From Octopus vulgaris (lineage: Eukaryota), in contig OX597836.1 in NCBI GenBank assembly GCA_951406725.2, forward strand, positions 12,276,001 to 12,340,000: a stretch of DNA of 64,000 bases, written 5' to 3'. Position 1 is the stretch's first letter, and every line of letters begins with the position of its first letter. Shown piece after piece: positions 50,406 to 64,000 of this stretch. The translations under genes and the position numbers were made by a program. The notes under the pieces are model-generated. The model saw only the letters and a program-made list of their open reading frames with translations. It was not told the DNA's origin and searched no databases.

Positions 50406-50902
50406 TCATGTGTTTGTAGTTAGCAGCTGAAAATAACTCTTTAGAATCTGTAGCAGCAGCCATAGATCAATAGAACACCAAGTGCTGAGCTGGTTTCCTA
50501 GGAAAACCCACCAGTCGTCCCACCACAACCTCCAAGACATTATTAACCATTCCATGTTCTTTGTTTGCTTTTGTCTCTCGCATATTGATTCGGTTTCTGT
50601 TACGCAGGCACAAGTCTCTGGGAATTTCAGAGTTGCGTGGAATTGAGATTGTGTGATGTTTCTGTTTATTTTATACATACATTCATATATATATATGCCT
50701 GTGTGTGTGTATTTTGATGAGCACGAAAGGTGTGTATATACATTTGAATATGCGATCTAAGGTGTTATTTCAAAAAATTTAATCAATATTGGCTTGTGAT
50801 TGAGATTATGTATGTATGTGTATATGCATGTATGTGTGTGTGTGTATATGATTGTAAGTATGTATCTATGTATGTATGTATACATATGTCTGTGTTTATG
50901 TG

Positions 50903-50937
<35 letters not shown>

Positions 50938-51605
50938 ATCTATGCATGTATATATGTATGTGTATGTACCTATGTATCCATACATGTATGTATTTATGTA
51001 TGCATATATATGTATGTATCAACTTGTATGTATGTATATATATGCATGTATGTATATATGATTGTAGGTATGTATCTTTCTATCTATGCATGTCTATATG
51101 TATGTATATGTATATATGTATGATTGTTTGTATGTATGTATCCATACATGTGTGTATTTATGTATGCATATGTATGTATGTATCTACTTATGTATGTATT
51201 TATATTTGTATTTATTTATTTATACATATATGCATGTGTGTGTATGTATGTATGTATCTATGTATTCATGTTTGTATTTATGTATGCATATGGATATATC
51301 TATCACTCTACTTATGTATGTATGTATATAAGTATGTATGTAAAACATTTGTACATGTATGTGTGTTTATATCTATGTGTGTGTTCATTCATTTTTTCTC
51401 TCTTTCTCTTTCAATCCAGTATTGTTATCTCTTGTGAAGATCTTTGCTGATTCAGTTCTTCCATGTAATATACTGTTTGTGTTCTTTGGTTTTGAACAGT
51501 TTTATTCCCCATATATCCATTTTTATATATGTGCGTACATGTGTACATATATATTCTCAAATTTGATGGACATATAGTGGTGCGTAAGACGACTCGAGAA
51601 ATCTC

Positions 51606-51683
51606 TAATGAGACTTTTTATTGATGTACCTGAAGAGACCCACAACGGGTCGAAACATGTATTGTACCCAACAAAGTCTATTA
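51606..51683 (+). ncRNA. Type I hammerhead ribozyme candidate with an extended helix I
   Basis: GTAC-CTGAAGA-GACCC acaac GGGTC-GAAA-CATGTA-TT-GTAC; helix I continues TTG/CAA, AGACTTT/AAAGTCT and TAAT/ATTA. Confidence 0.7.
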
Positions 51684-51832
51684 CACATTCCATCTCCTAT
51701 TTTATTAATACTGTTACCCCAACCAGCACTACGAAATTCCTGCAGTAAATCTACAGGTAGCAACAGGTAATCGAAACTGTGCCGGTGCATTACTCATCAT
51801 CCATTTATACATTTTGTATTATTTCTCCATTA

Positions 51833-52218
51833 TCTCTCTCTATATATAAACGGCAGTTTGTCTGTGCGTGTTTCTGTGTGTCTGTTTGCTTGTACCCTCA
51901 CCCTGACCACGGCTTTCAACCGATTCTGATGAAACTTGACACACTCATAGCCCAATGTCATAATTCAAAACTAACGCAGCGAAAATTTTGAAAAGTTCCC
52001 CAGTTCTGAAAAAAATCGATAAATTCGACATGGGGTCGAGAATCAGAAACACGAACCACAAACTGTCTAGGGGACGCAACTCCACCTTTTTTAAATCTCA
52101 AAAAAAATTTACCATCATTTTTTTCCATTTTTTTTGCTATTTTTTGGCTATAACTCTCTAAAAATGCTTTATAGTTATTTTCCTTACAAACCTGAGCAAC
52201 GCCGGGCGATACTGCTAG
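51833..52218 (+). mobile_element. Non-autonomous Helitron
   Basis: A|TC...tatatataaa start, tcaaccgattctgatgaaacttg motif, subterminal gagcaacgccgggc and CTAG|T end; no target-site duplication. Confidence 0.85.
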
Positions 52219-52304
52219 TATATATATATATATGTATGCATGTGTGTGTATATATTATGTATATAATGTGTGTGCATGTGTGTATTCTTTTACCCTTTTC
52301 ATTC

Positions 52305-52438
52305 ATTATTCTTTGTAAGCCTAGTACTTCTTCTATTGGTCTCTTTTGCTGAACCGCTAAGTGATGGGGACGTAAACATACCAACATCAGTTGTCAAGCG
52401 ATGGTGATGGGACAAACACACACACACACACACACATA

Positions 52439-52470
<32 letters not shown>

Positions 52471-52560
52471 AAGCCTTGTGAGTGGATTTGGTAGGCAGAA
52501 ACTGAAAGAAGTCCATCGTATATATATATCATCATCATCATCGGAAAGCAGACGTTAAAC

Positions 52561-52593
<33 letters not shown>

Positions 52594-52722
52594 ATATATA
52601 CGATGGACTTCTTTCAGTTTCTGCCTACCAAAGACACTTGCCCAAGGTGCCATGCAGTGGGACTGAACCCAGAACCATGTGTTTGGGAAGCAGGCTTCTT
52701 ACCACTCAGCCACTCCTGCACC
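52305..52722 (-). mobile_element. Rearranged family-A SINE containing an internal inverted duplication at 52487-52632
   Basis: tttggtaggcagaaactgaaagaagtccatcgtatatat...atatatacgatggacttctttcagtttctgcctaccaaa. Confidence 0.85.
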
Positions 52723-53281
52723 TACCATCCATCTTCGATGTTGGCATGGGTTTGATGGTTTGAGAGGAGCTGGCAAGGCTAGAGGAGTTGGCAAGGCTGG
52801 AGGGCTGCACCGAGCTCCAATTGTCTGTTTTAGCATGGTCTCTATGGCTGGATCTTCCTTCCTAATGCAAACAACTCTACAGAGTGTACTGGGTGCTTTT
52901 TATGCGACACCATGGGAGCCTTTTTATGTGCCACCAGCAACTTGTGTGTGTGGGTGTGTGTGTATATACATATATATATATACATATCCATATATATATG
53001 TACATAGAGGCAATTATATGTGATGAACTACATCTACCAACATCATTATGGATCTAAGCTTCCAGAAACAGATGTTGGACTTATAACACCTTAATTTTCT
53101 GTCGAGGAGAGAGGAGTTATTGTAAAATGTTTTTTTTTTTTACAGTTTAAGAACGGAATTAATCTGAACCTTATTTAAAGCATTCTGGTGAAATTACTCT
53201 GTTCATTTTTATAACGTAACAATACACACACACACACACACACATGTATATGCATATATGTGTGTCTGCAGATATATATAT

Positions 53282-53522
53282 ATCATCATCATCATCATCG
53301 TTATAACGTCCGTTTTCCGCGCTAGCACGGGTTGGACGGTTTCGACCGGGGTCTGGAGAGCTCGGGACTGCCCCAGGCTCCAGTCTAGTCTGGCAGTGTT
53401 TCTACAGCTGGATGCCCTTCCTAACGCCAACCACTCCGCGAGTGTAGTGGGTGTTTTTTACGTGCCACCTGCACAGGTGCCAGAGGGGTCTGGCATCGGC
53501 CACGTTCGGATGGTGCTTTTTT
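53282..53522 (-). mobile_element. Family-B element, 1-2 modules
   Basis: Same tail as 1806-1972; further copies at about 52730-52940 and 56365-56605. Confidence 0.85.
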
Positions 53523-53524
53523 TT

Positions 53525-53782
53525 ATGGGGGGGGGTGCAGAAATATAGGGGAGCACCAGTGGGAGGGGTGGTTCAGAGGACAGGTAATAGGCAAGTAGAA
53601 CGTAGGATATCGAGAGAGGGGTAATGCATGGTGAAATAGCGTATTGAAGGGGGGGTTCAAAGAGTAGACACCTATAATGGTGGGGGGGTGCAGAAATATA
53701 GGGGAGCACCAGTGGGAGGGGTGGTTCAGAGGACAGGTTCTAGGCAAGTAGAACATAGGATATCGAGAGAGGGGTAATGCAT
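53525..53782. repeat. Direct duplication of a ~105-bp G-rich segment with a ~47-bp spacer
   Basis: ggggggtgcagaaatataggggagcaccagtgggaggggtggttcagaggacagg...gatatcgagagaggggtaatgcat at 53525-53629 and 53677-53782. Confidence 0.9.
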
Positions 53783-54184
53783 AAATACATACGTACTTAG
53801 GTATTTTTGTATGTATATATATATATGTATATATAATCCGTTTGTATGTATATATAGCCGGTAAACAGGAAATTGTTTCCACTGATTTCTTCTGGTACTT
53901 CTTATCTGAAACGAACTGAAAAGCCAGGGTCATAAGTGTTAGAAAAGGTAAGGGTTGGGCGGGGCGGTGGAGATCTTAACATTAAAAAAAATTAAAGTTT
54001 GGGAACCACCACCACCACCTCCGCCACCATACCACCACCCCACTTTCCTACCAAATAAGAACCTCTCTCAATTTGGTCTTCTCCGAACGGAAGAACCGAA
54101 CCGTTTACTTCCTTTAATAAAACTGACATTCCGTGTTGTATCGTATATCACGGGGCCCGTTGTCATCGGTAACAAACTCAGATA

Positions 54185-54650
54185 TCATCATCTTCTTCTT
54201 CTTCGTCATCTTTTATCTTCTTCCAGTTGCTGATGTATCATCTTCTTCAGTTCTTCGTCCCCCCCTTCCTCCGTCATTTTTTCTTCTCCTTCTATACTTT
54301 GTCTTCTTCTGCAATTCTTTCTCTTTCTTCACTTTTTCTTCTCCTCTTTCATTACTTCTTCTCCATCATCAATTCTTCACCTGCAATTATCCTTCTTCGA
54401 TTTTTCTCCTCCTTCGATTCTTCTTCTTCTTCAGTTCTTCTTCTACTTCAAATCTTCTTCTTCAAATCTTCTTCTTCTTCTTCTTCTTCAAATCTTCAAT
54501 TCTTCTTCTTCAATTCTTCTTCTTCTTCTTCAAATCTTCTTCAGTTCTTCTTCTTCTTCAATTTTTTTCTTTCTTCTTCAGTTCTTCCTCTTCAATTCTT
54601 CTTTTTCTTCTACTTCTTCTCCTCCTTTTTCTTCTTCTTCAGTTCTTCTT
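54185..54650. repeat. Degenerate (CTT)n tract
   Basis: Direct inspection. Confidence 0.9.
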
Positions 54651-55387
54651 GTAATCTATCATGAGGACTTCTAGAGAAGACAAAATATGTGTGTGTGTTT
54701 GTTTGTTTGTGTGTGTGTGTGTGTGTATAAAATTAAAACATAAATACCACGTGGGGAGAGGTAGAGAGTGGGGTGCAGAGGAAAAATAACTGTTGATCCC
54801 TGAATATTTAGCAGAGGGAGTTGGAGAAGTTATGTCTTTTGGGGGCGAATATCTATGAATTCTTTAATTTTGCTTCTGCTATTAATAATATTCCTGCCTC
54901 TTGGAATTAGTTCAGCTGAGTTCAGTTAAGAAGCACTTCCTCTCCTCATGTATCAATGTCATGTGACCCATACACACACACACACACACACGCTTTCTTT
55001 CTTTCTTTCTTTCTCTCTTTCTCAAGAACTTGAAATGGGATTTTGTGTGTGTGTGTGTGTGTGTGTGTATGCATTCAGGCTTGTCTTTAGAATATACACA
55101 CTCACCCACCCATATACACATATTTTCTCTGTCTTGTGAAATAGAAAATGGGATTTCATATGTATGTGTGTGTGTGGATATATATATACAAGCATATATA
55201 TACACACACACACACACACATATATGATGATGATGATGATATATACACACACATATATATATATACGCACACACACACATATATATACACACACACACAC
55301 ACACATATATGATGATGATGATGATATATACACACACATATATATATACACACACACATATATATATACACACTCACACACACACAC

Positions 55388-55437
<50 letters not shown>

Positions 55438-55723
55438 TCTCACTACGTGGCACTTTGGGCAGGTGTCTTTTACTATAGCCCCGGGCCAACTAAAGCCTTG
55501 TGAGTGGATTTGGTAGACAGAAACTGAAAGAAGCCTGTCGTGTATATGTATATATTCATGTTTTTGTCTGTCCCCCCACCATTGCTTGACAACCAGTGTT
55601 GATGTGTCTACATCCCTGTAACTTAGCGGTTCAGCATAAGTGACCGATTAAGTAAGCACCAGACTTTAAGAAACTGCACACACACACACACGCGCACACA
55701 CAACAGTAGAAATATAATGGTGT

Positions 55724-55756
<33 letters not shown>

Positions 55757-55895
55757 CAGCAGTAGTAATAGTGGTGGTATTAATAGTTGTAGTAGTGGTG
55801 GTAGTAATAGTTGTAGTAGTAGTGGTGGTGTCTAAGAATTCTTTGATGCGGTGCCCCAGCATGGCCTCAGTTTAATGACTGAAACAAATAAAAAA
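55438..55895 (+). mobile_element. Family-A SINE split by (CA)n and (GTA/GTG)n expansions
   Basis: Body at 55438-55672; tail gcggtgccccagcatggcc...gactgaaaca at 55848-55895. Confidence 0.75.
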
Positions 55896-55900
55896 TAAGA

Positions 55901-55939
<39 letters not shown>

Positions 55940-55989
55940 TATATGTATATGTGTGTGCTTGCATAGAGTATATGGACACACACACACAT

Positions 55990-56026
<37 letters not shown>

Positions 56027-56918
56027 CATAAACACATCATACACTCTTAGATGTAGGATACACATGATATCTCATTAGTAAAATAATCATGTTGTTTTAT
56101 ATGTTTAAGACCTAACATATTTATGAGACACATGGTACATACACATATATACTATGCACACACACACACACACACACTTGTATATGCACACATTCATATA
56201 TACATTCATGCACACAACATATTTAGACGTGTATGTATGTTTGTATGGCTGTGTGAGTTAAGTTTAGTTCCCAACCACTGCGTGTCCTCTATTATAACCA
56301 CAGGCCTAAGAAAGCCTTGTATTTGGACTTGATAGGCAGAAATTGAAAGAAGCTTCATCATAATCATCATCATCATCATCACCGTTTAACGTCCGTTTTC
56401 CATGCTAGCATGGGTTGGACGGTTCGACCGGGGTCTGGGAAGCCAGGAGGCTGCACCAGGCTCCAGTCTGATCTGGCAGTGTTTCTACAGCTGGATGCCC
56501 TTCCTAACGCCAATCACTCCAAGAGTGTAGTGGATGCTTTTTACATGCCAGGGGAGGCTGGCAACGGCCATGATCGGTTGGTGCTTTTTTCGTTCCACCG
56601 GCATGGCATGTGTGAGGGGTTGTTGTGGTGCCTTTGTCGAGTCTAGGCAGGGGTTCTCAACCATTTTCATTGTAAAAAAAACAAAAAAACCAGTGAGTTG
56701 ATGACGGTGAATTTTCCCTACGGTGAATTAAGTACCAGTTACGCACTGGGGTCGATGTAATTGACTTAATCCATTTGTCTGTCCTTGTTTGTCTCCTCTG
56801 TGTTTAGCCCCTTGTGGGTAGTTAAGAAATATATATATATATATACACACACGTATATATATATACACACACACACATATATATATATATACACACACAT
56901 ACACACACATATATATAT

Positions 56919-56952
<34 letters not shown>

Positions 56953-56958
56953 CGGACG

Positions 56959-57002
<44 letters not shown>

Positions 57003-57053
57003 GACGCTAAACGATGATGATGATGATATATATATATATATATATATATATAA

Positions 57054-57084
<31 letters not shown>

Positions 57085-57815
57085 AACTTTCTCTGCAGTG
57101 AATTGATGACGGTAAACTTACCAAGACATGGAAGCAGACACAGGGGCACGATAGGGTTCTCGGGTCCATCACATTGTCTCAAATTGGCCAGTCCATTCCA
57201 GCATGGAAAAAGGAACATTAAACGATGATGACAGATGCCATAGATGATGATGAGATGACGATGATGGCGGCATATTTCTGGTATAGGACTCTGGCTACGG
57301 TTGGATATCACCATTTAAAGTTTCCTCAATCGTCGTAACTGCAATATTTACTTTCGTAACCTGCTTAGTGAACTTTATCGATCTTAGTTTCCACTCTAGA
57401 CTAAAAGGGGGAGGAGGAGGAACCGTAACCCAACACCACACAATATTTTATCCGATACTCTACCGATTCTGGCAAGCAACTTATACTTCGTTGCTTAGAT
57501 TATTGTTTCTGCTTCCTGTTGCCTTCAGCAGTTCAGGCTGACATTTTCATTTTCAAACAGTTTCTTTGTTAATACAAGGAAATGAATTATGCAACCAAAA
57601 TGAGATAGAAACAGATTTTTGTTTTTTTTTTAATGGAAAAAATTAAGAAGGTATGGGTGTGTGCTGAAGAAGCTTGCCTTGTAACTACATGGTCGGGTTC
57701 AGTGCCACAGAGTGGCACCTTAGGCACGTATCTTCGGCTAAAGCTCCAGACTGACCAGTGCCTTGTGAGTGAATTTGGTAGATGAATGAAGATTGTGTGG
57801 AAGACTGCTATGGTA

Positions 57816-57981
57816 GGCGTAGGAGTGGCTGTGTGGTAAGTAGCTTGCTTACGAACCACATGGTTTGGGGGTTCAGTCCCACTGCGTGGCATCTTGGGCA
57901 AGTGTCTTCTACTATAGCCTTGGGCCGACCAAAGCCTTGTGAGTGGATTTGGTAGACAGAAACTGAAAGAAGCCTGTTGTG

Positions 57982-58024
<43 letters not shown>

Positions 58025-58240
58025 ATATGTTTGTGTATCTGTGTTTGTCCCCCCAACATCGCTTGACAACCAATGCTGGTGTGTCTACGTCCCCGTAATT
58101 TAGCGGTTTGGTAAAAGAGACCAATAGAATAAGTACTAGGCTTACAAAGAATAAGTCATGGGGTCAATTTGCTCGACTAAAGGCAGTGCTCCAGCATGGC
58201 CGCAGTCAAATGACTGAAACAAGTAAAAGATTAAAAGAGT
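57816..58240 (+). mobile_element. Full-length family-A SINE, preceded by a 5' fragment at about 57650-57785
   Basis: ggcgtaggagtggctgtgtgg...gactgaaacaagtaaaaga. Confidence 0.9.
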
Positions 58241-59305
58241 ATGTGTTTGTGTGTGTGTGTGTGTGTATATAAATATATACACTTTTATATATGAAGTGAT
58301 AAATTACAGAGAAATAATTTGATGAAATTTTATTTAACAGTAAGAAAATTCTAGTATCATAACAAATTGTTTCATAACTTAAGAACATGTAAGTAATTTA
58401 TATTATTATATTTGATAATAAAAAATTTATATGTCTGCATTAATGCAAAAAAAAATCCTTTAAAATAATGCAAAATTTAAGGTAAAAACACACACACACA
58501 CACACATACATGTGATTTGTGTGTGTCTGTTTTTGTCTCTCTCCTCTTCCTGATGCTTGACAACCTGTGTTGGTCTGTTTATATCCCCCAGAACTTAAAG
58601 GTTCTGAGGAAGAGAATATGTACCATACTTTTTTTAAAGGAAAAGAAAAAAAAATAGGTACCAGGAGCTATTGATTTTTTTTTCTCCCAATTTATTATTA
58701 TTTTTTTCTGTTACAATCCACCCGAACGGTACCCCCAGCATGGTCGCAATCCAGTGACTGAAACTAGTAACACAAAAAAAAAAGTAAAAATAAAAATATA
58801 CAAGAAGTAAAAAAAAAAAGAAATTTCCAAGCTAAGAAAACCATCTCAGAGAGGGGGGAAAAAAATTGCCCCCCACCCTTTCCACTGCCATTTCCTTCAG
58901 CCCCTCTCTCTCCTCCCGCCCTCTCACTACTCCTCCATTAACCCCTTTCTTTCCTTTCACCCCTCATATCTGCAGTGTCGACAAAAATATGATGATGTGT
59001 TATTTATTAGTAATTATTACCAGCAGACATGCAAGACGGGTTTTTTTGGGGATTTTTTGGGTTTTCTTTTTTTTTTTTTTTTTGTCAGAAATTTATTTCT
59101 AAAAATCTGTCCTTTTTCTCTGTCTTGTTCCCCACCCCACAGTTTTTTTTTTTTTGTCTGTTGTGCATGTGTTTTTGCTTTACTTTCGATTATAGCCATT
59201 ATAGCCATCGTATGTGTATATAGTAGGATTTTTATATATATACATCCATACATACATACACACACACACACACAGATAACATAGATAAATATATAGGTAA
59301 GCAGA

Positions 59306-59351
<46 letters not shown>

Positions 59352-59378
59352 TACATACATATATATACACACACACAC

Positions 59379-59410
<32 letters not shown>

Positions 59411-59519
59411 GTATGTATACATATAAATATATACATATATACATACATACATACATACACACACACATACATATGTGTACATGTATTCACATATGTGTAT
59501 AGATACATATCTGCTCAGT

Positions 59520-59560
<41 letters not shown>

Positions 59561-60189
59561 AGTCTCTCTCTCTCTCTCACACACACACACACTCAGTCTC
59601 TCTCTCTCACACACACACACTCAGTCACTCTCACACACACACACACACACACAAAAATGTCCTATTTTCCAGACCGGAACTCGTAAGAAATTCAAACAAG
59701 CCCTCAGGTTATGGTCATAGCATCAAAGTTCAGTTACATATATATATATATGTGTGTGTGTGTGCATGTACCAGCTTGTATGTATGGGTGTTTAAACTAT
59801 CTCACATTAACTAGTAGATTCTACACACCATATATATATGTGTGTGTGTGTGTGTGTACTTGGTGCAGTATTTGAGAGATTGCATAAAAGAAGCTTCCAT
59901 CTTCTCCTTACCGATATTTCAGTAGCAAATCGGAAACTTGGTTTCCAATTCCAAATACAGTTTTGTGTTTATCCGTATTCTACAATAGGCACAGGTATGG
60001 CTGTATGGTTAAGAAGCTTGCTTCCAAAACGTGTGGTCTTAGGTTCAGTCCCACTGTGTGACACCTTGAGCAAGTGTCTTTTTTTTTATTATTATAGTCC
60101 TCTGGGCCAACCGAAGTCTCATCATTGGATTTGGTAGATGGAAACTGAAAGAAGCCCATCATGTGTGTATGCATGTATGTGCTGTTGTC

Positions 60190-60330
60190 AATTTTTTTTT
60201 TCCTTCTTTGGACTTTTCCTTTTCTCCGATCCAACCAAGAGCTATGCTCAAAATATCAAACTCTCTTTCCACTGAGCGTCTAACTAATACATTTCTTGTC
60301 CTCTTGTCTGTTGATTTTTACTTGTTTATT
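60190..60330 (+). mobile_element. Highly decayed copy of the 28731-28921 Penelope-like short element
   Basis: aagagctatgctcaaaatatcaaactctctttccactgagcgtctaactaatacat aligns by eye with aagagcgtaggctcaaaacgtaaaagac...ctgagcactatactaatacat. Confidence 0.5.
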
Positions 60331-60333
60331 TGA

Positions 60334-60720
60334 AGGCGTAGCTGTGTGGTAAGTAGCTTGCTTACTAACCACATGGTTCTGGGTTCAGTCCCACTCTGTC
60401 GCATCCTCAGGGTAAGTGTCTTCTACTATAGTCTCGGGCCAACCAAAGCTTTGTGAGTGGATTTGGTAGAAGGAAACTAAAAGAAACCCGTCACATCTAT
60501 ATATGTATATGTATGTGTGTCTGTGTGTGTCTCCCTACCATTGCTTGATAACCAATATTAGAGTGTTTACATCCCTGTAACTTAGTGGTTCAGCAAAAGA
60601 GACCAATAGAATAAGTACAAGGCTTTAAAAGAATAAGTCCTGGGGTCGATTTGTTTGACTAAAGGTGGTGCTCCAGCATGGCCGCAGTCAAATGCCTGAA
60701 ACAAGTAAAATAATAAAAGA
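60334..60720 (+). mobile_element. Full-length family-A SINE, flanked by partial copies at about 59987-60165 and 60750-60965
   Basis: Colinear with 57816-58240. Confidence 0.9.
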
Positions 60721-61349
60721 ATATATATATATATATATATTGATGTACTTGTCCCCCACCCCCACCACCACCATCACTCAACAAATGGTGTTAGTTTGTT
60801 TACATCCCCACACCATAGAAGTTTGATAAAAGCGAACTAACAAATAAATAACTACCAGGCTTAGAAATAGATAACGGAGTCGATTTGTTCAACTAAAAGA
60901 ACTCTTCGTGGCGGTGCTCCAGAATGGCCGCAGTCGAATAACTGAAGCGAGTGAAAGAAGAATTAAAGAAGCAGTCATTCTACAGAATGCTTACTCATAC
61001 TTCCAAACCAAACCGACCCAAACCAAACCAAACCACTCCAAACCCCATCTTTGTTCCACTTTAAAGAGTTTCCGATATGTTTTAATTCGAATATACTTTG
61101 AAAATTACTGAATATTTACAGAAATGCTTCTCGTATCACTTCAACTTTCAGTTTCTTGTGGCCGTCTCGTCTCTCTCCTTTCTTCCCACGCCCACCTCCT
61201 CTTCCCCCTCACACTTACTTGCCGCTCACCGTTCGTTGGTATTAATTACATTTTAGTAAATGTAATGCTTTTAGTAATAAGTTTCGACTAGTATGTAGTA
61301 ACATCATTCATTCTTGGTTTGATAAACTGACAAACCTCTCTCCTGCTTG

Positions 61350-62890
<1,541 letters not shown>

Positions 62891-63119
62891 TAATAAGAGA
62901 GAGTTAGATTATTCAGTTTTATTAAATACAAAACTAAAATTTATTCAGCATAAAATTTTATCCATTTACTTTTATGTTTCACTGGGTAATATTTATTAGT
63001 GATGGTCATGACAGTAGATACCGGTGATGGTAAGGGTAGGTGACAGAAAGAGCATCTAGTGGTAGCAGATCTGCCTCAATAAACTTTGTCTACCCAATGC
63101 AACCATGGGAAAGTGCACA

Positions 63120-63515
63120 GGCGCAGGAGTTGGCCGTGTGGTAAGTAGCTTGCTTACCAACCACATGGTTTCAGGTTCAGTCCCACTGCGTGGCACCTTG
63201 GGCAAGTGTCTTCTACTGTAGCCTTGGGCCGAACAAAGCCTTGTGAGTGGATTTGGTAGACAGAAACTGAAAGAAGCCTGTCGTATATATGTATATGTTT
63301 ATATAAGTGTGTTTGTGTGTCTGTGTTTGTCCCCCTAGCATTGCTTGACAACCGATGCTGGTGTGTTTACGTCCCCGTAACCTAGCGGTCCGGCAAAAGA
63401 GACCGATAGAATAAGTACTAGGCTTACAAAGAATAAGTCCTGGGGTCGATTTGCTCGATTTAAAGGCGGTGCTCCAGCATGGCCACAGTCACATGACTGA
63501 AGCAAGTAAAAGAGT
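63120..63515 (+). mobile_element. Full-length family-A SINE
   Basis: Colinear with 57816-58240. Confidence 0.9.
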
Positions 63516-64000
63516 AACAGCAACAACAACAACAGCAGCCGTTCAAGAATTTGGGACCTGGAGATCTCCATTTCCACCGACTTTGAGGGCCACCTCCCAG
63601 TGGTGTCGGGCGTCAACGAAGATCCCTCGACTATAACAAGACGACCAAAGTTTGTTTTTTTTTTCCCAAGGTCTGGGGTCTCCCTAAGCCCTAGACCATC
63701 ACCTAATCACCCTTACCCATCTTGTTGCTTAACAACAACAACAAGAACAACAGCAGCAGTTGTGATAGCGGTGACGTTGATGGGTTATGGTGATGATGAT
63801 GATGATGCTGCACCTGGCTATGGTTGTGGTGGTGATGGTGGTGGTGGTCTCTGCGAGATGATGACATAGATGATGATGATGATGATGAATTCGATGGCGA
63901 AAGACTGTTTGAGCTCTCCCGTAATGGAGATCACAGAAAGTCATGTTCTGCAAACACTGTTGACTCTTGGGAAGAGTCACAATATGTATTTCATAGGAAG

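Noticed and set aside
63961-63979. TGACTCTT-ggg-AAGAGTCA hairpin
   Set aside because: An 8-bp stem at the window edge with no supporting context

Overview
This is AT-rich, non-coding eukaryotic DNA with no recognisable host protein-coding exon. Nearly all ORFs in the supplied track are translations of microsatellites or SINE bodies. The repeat vocabulary (several tRNA-derived SINE families, very long (TA)/(TG), (ATT), (GAT), (GATA) and (CTT) tracts) is most consistent with a coleoid cephalopod genome, probably Octopus; this rests on recognition and was not verified. The window is probably intergenic or deep intronic. Family labels A-D are my own. Contents: dozens of SINE copies (A, Meta-domain-like, module-bearing B, tRNA-Arg-like C, one V-domain-like copy), often nested with target-site duplications; the 3' end of an R4/Dong-type retrotransposon; three copies of a non-coding element associated with (TAA)n; a Tc1/mariner transposase remnant; an RTE-derived triplication; two non-autonomous Helitrons; two MITE-like elements; and several minisatellites. 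The most notable signal is a dispersed set of hammerhead-ribozyme-like motifs of the Penelope/retrozyme type, the best at 51606-51683 with an extended helix I. Also notable are a SINE carrying a variable array of ~65-nt double-hairpin modules, several locally generated long palindromes, and a perfect 16-bp inverted pair of ZNF143/Staf-like sites. All coordinates were read by eye and may be off by a few bases.
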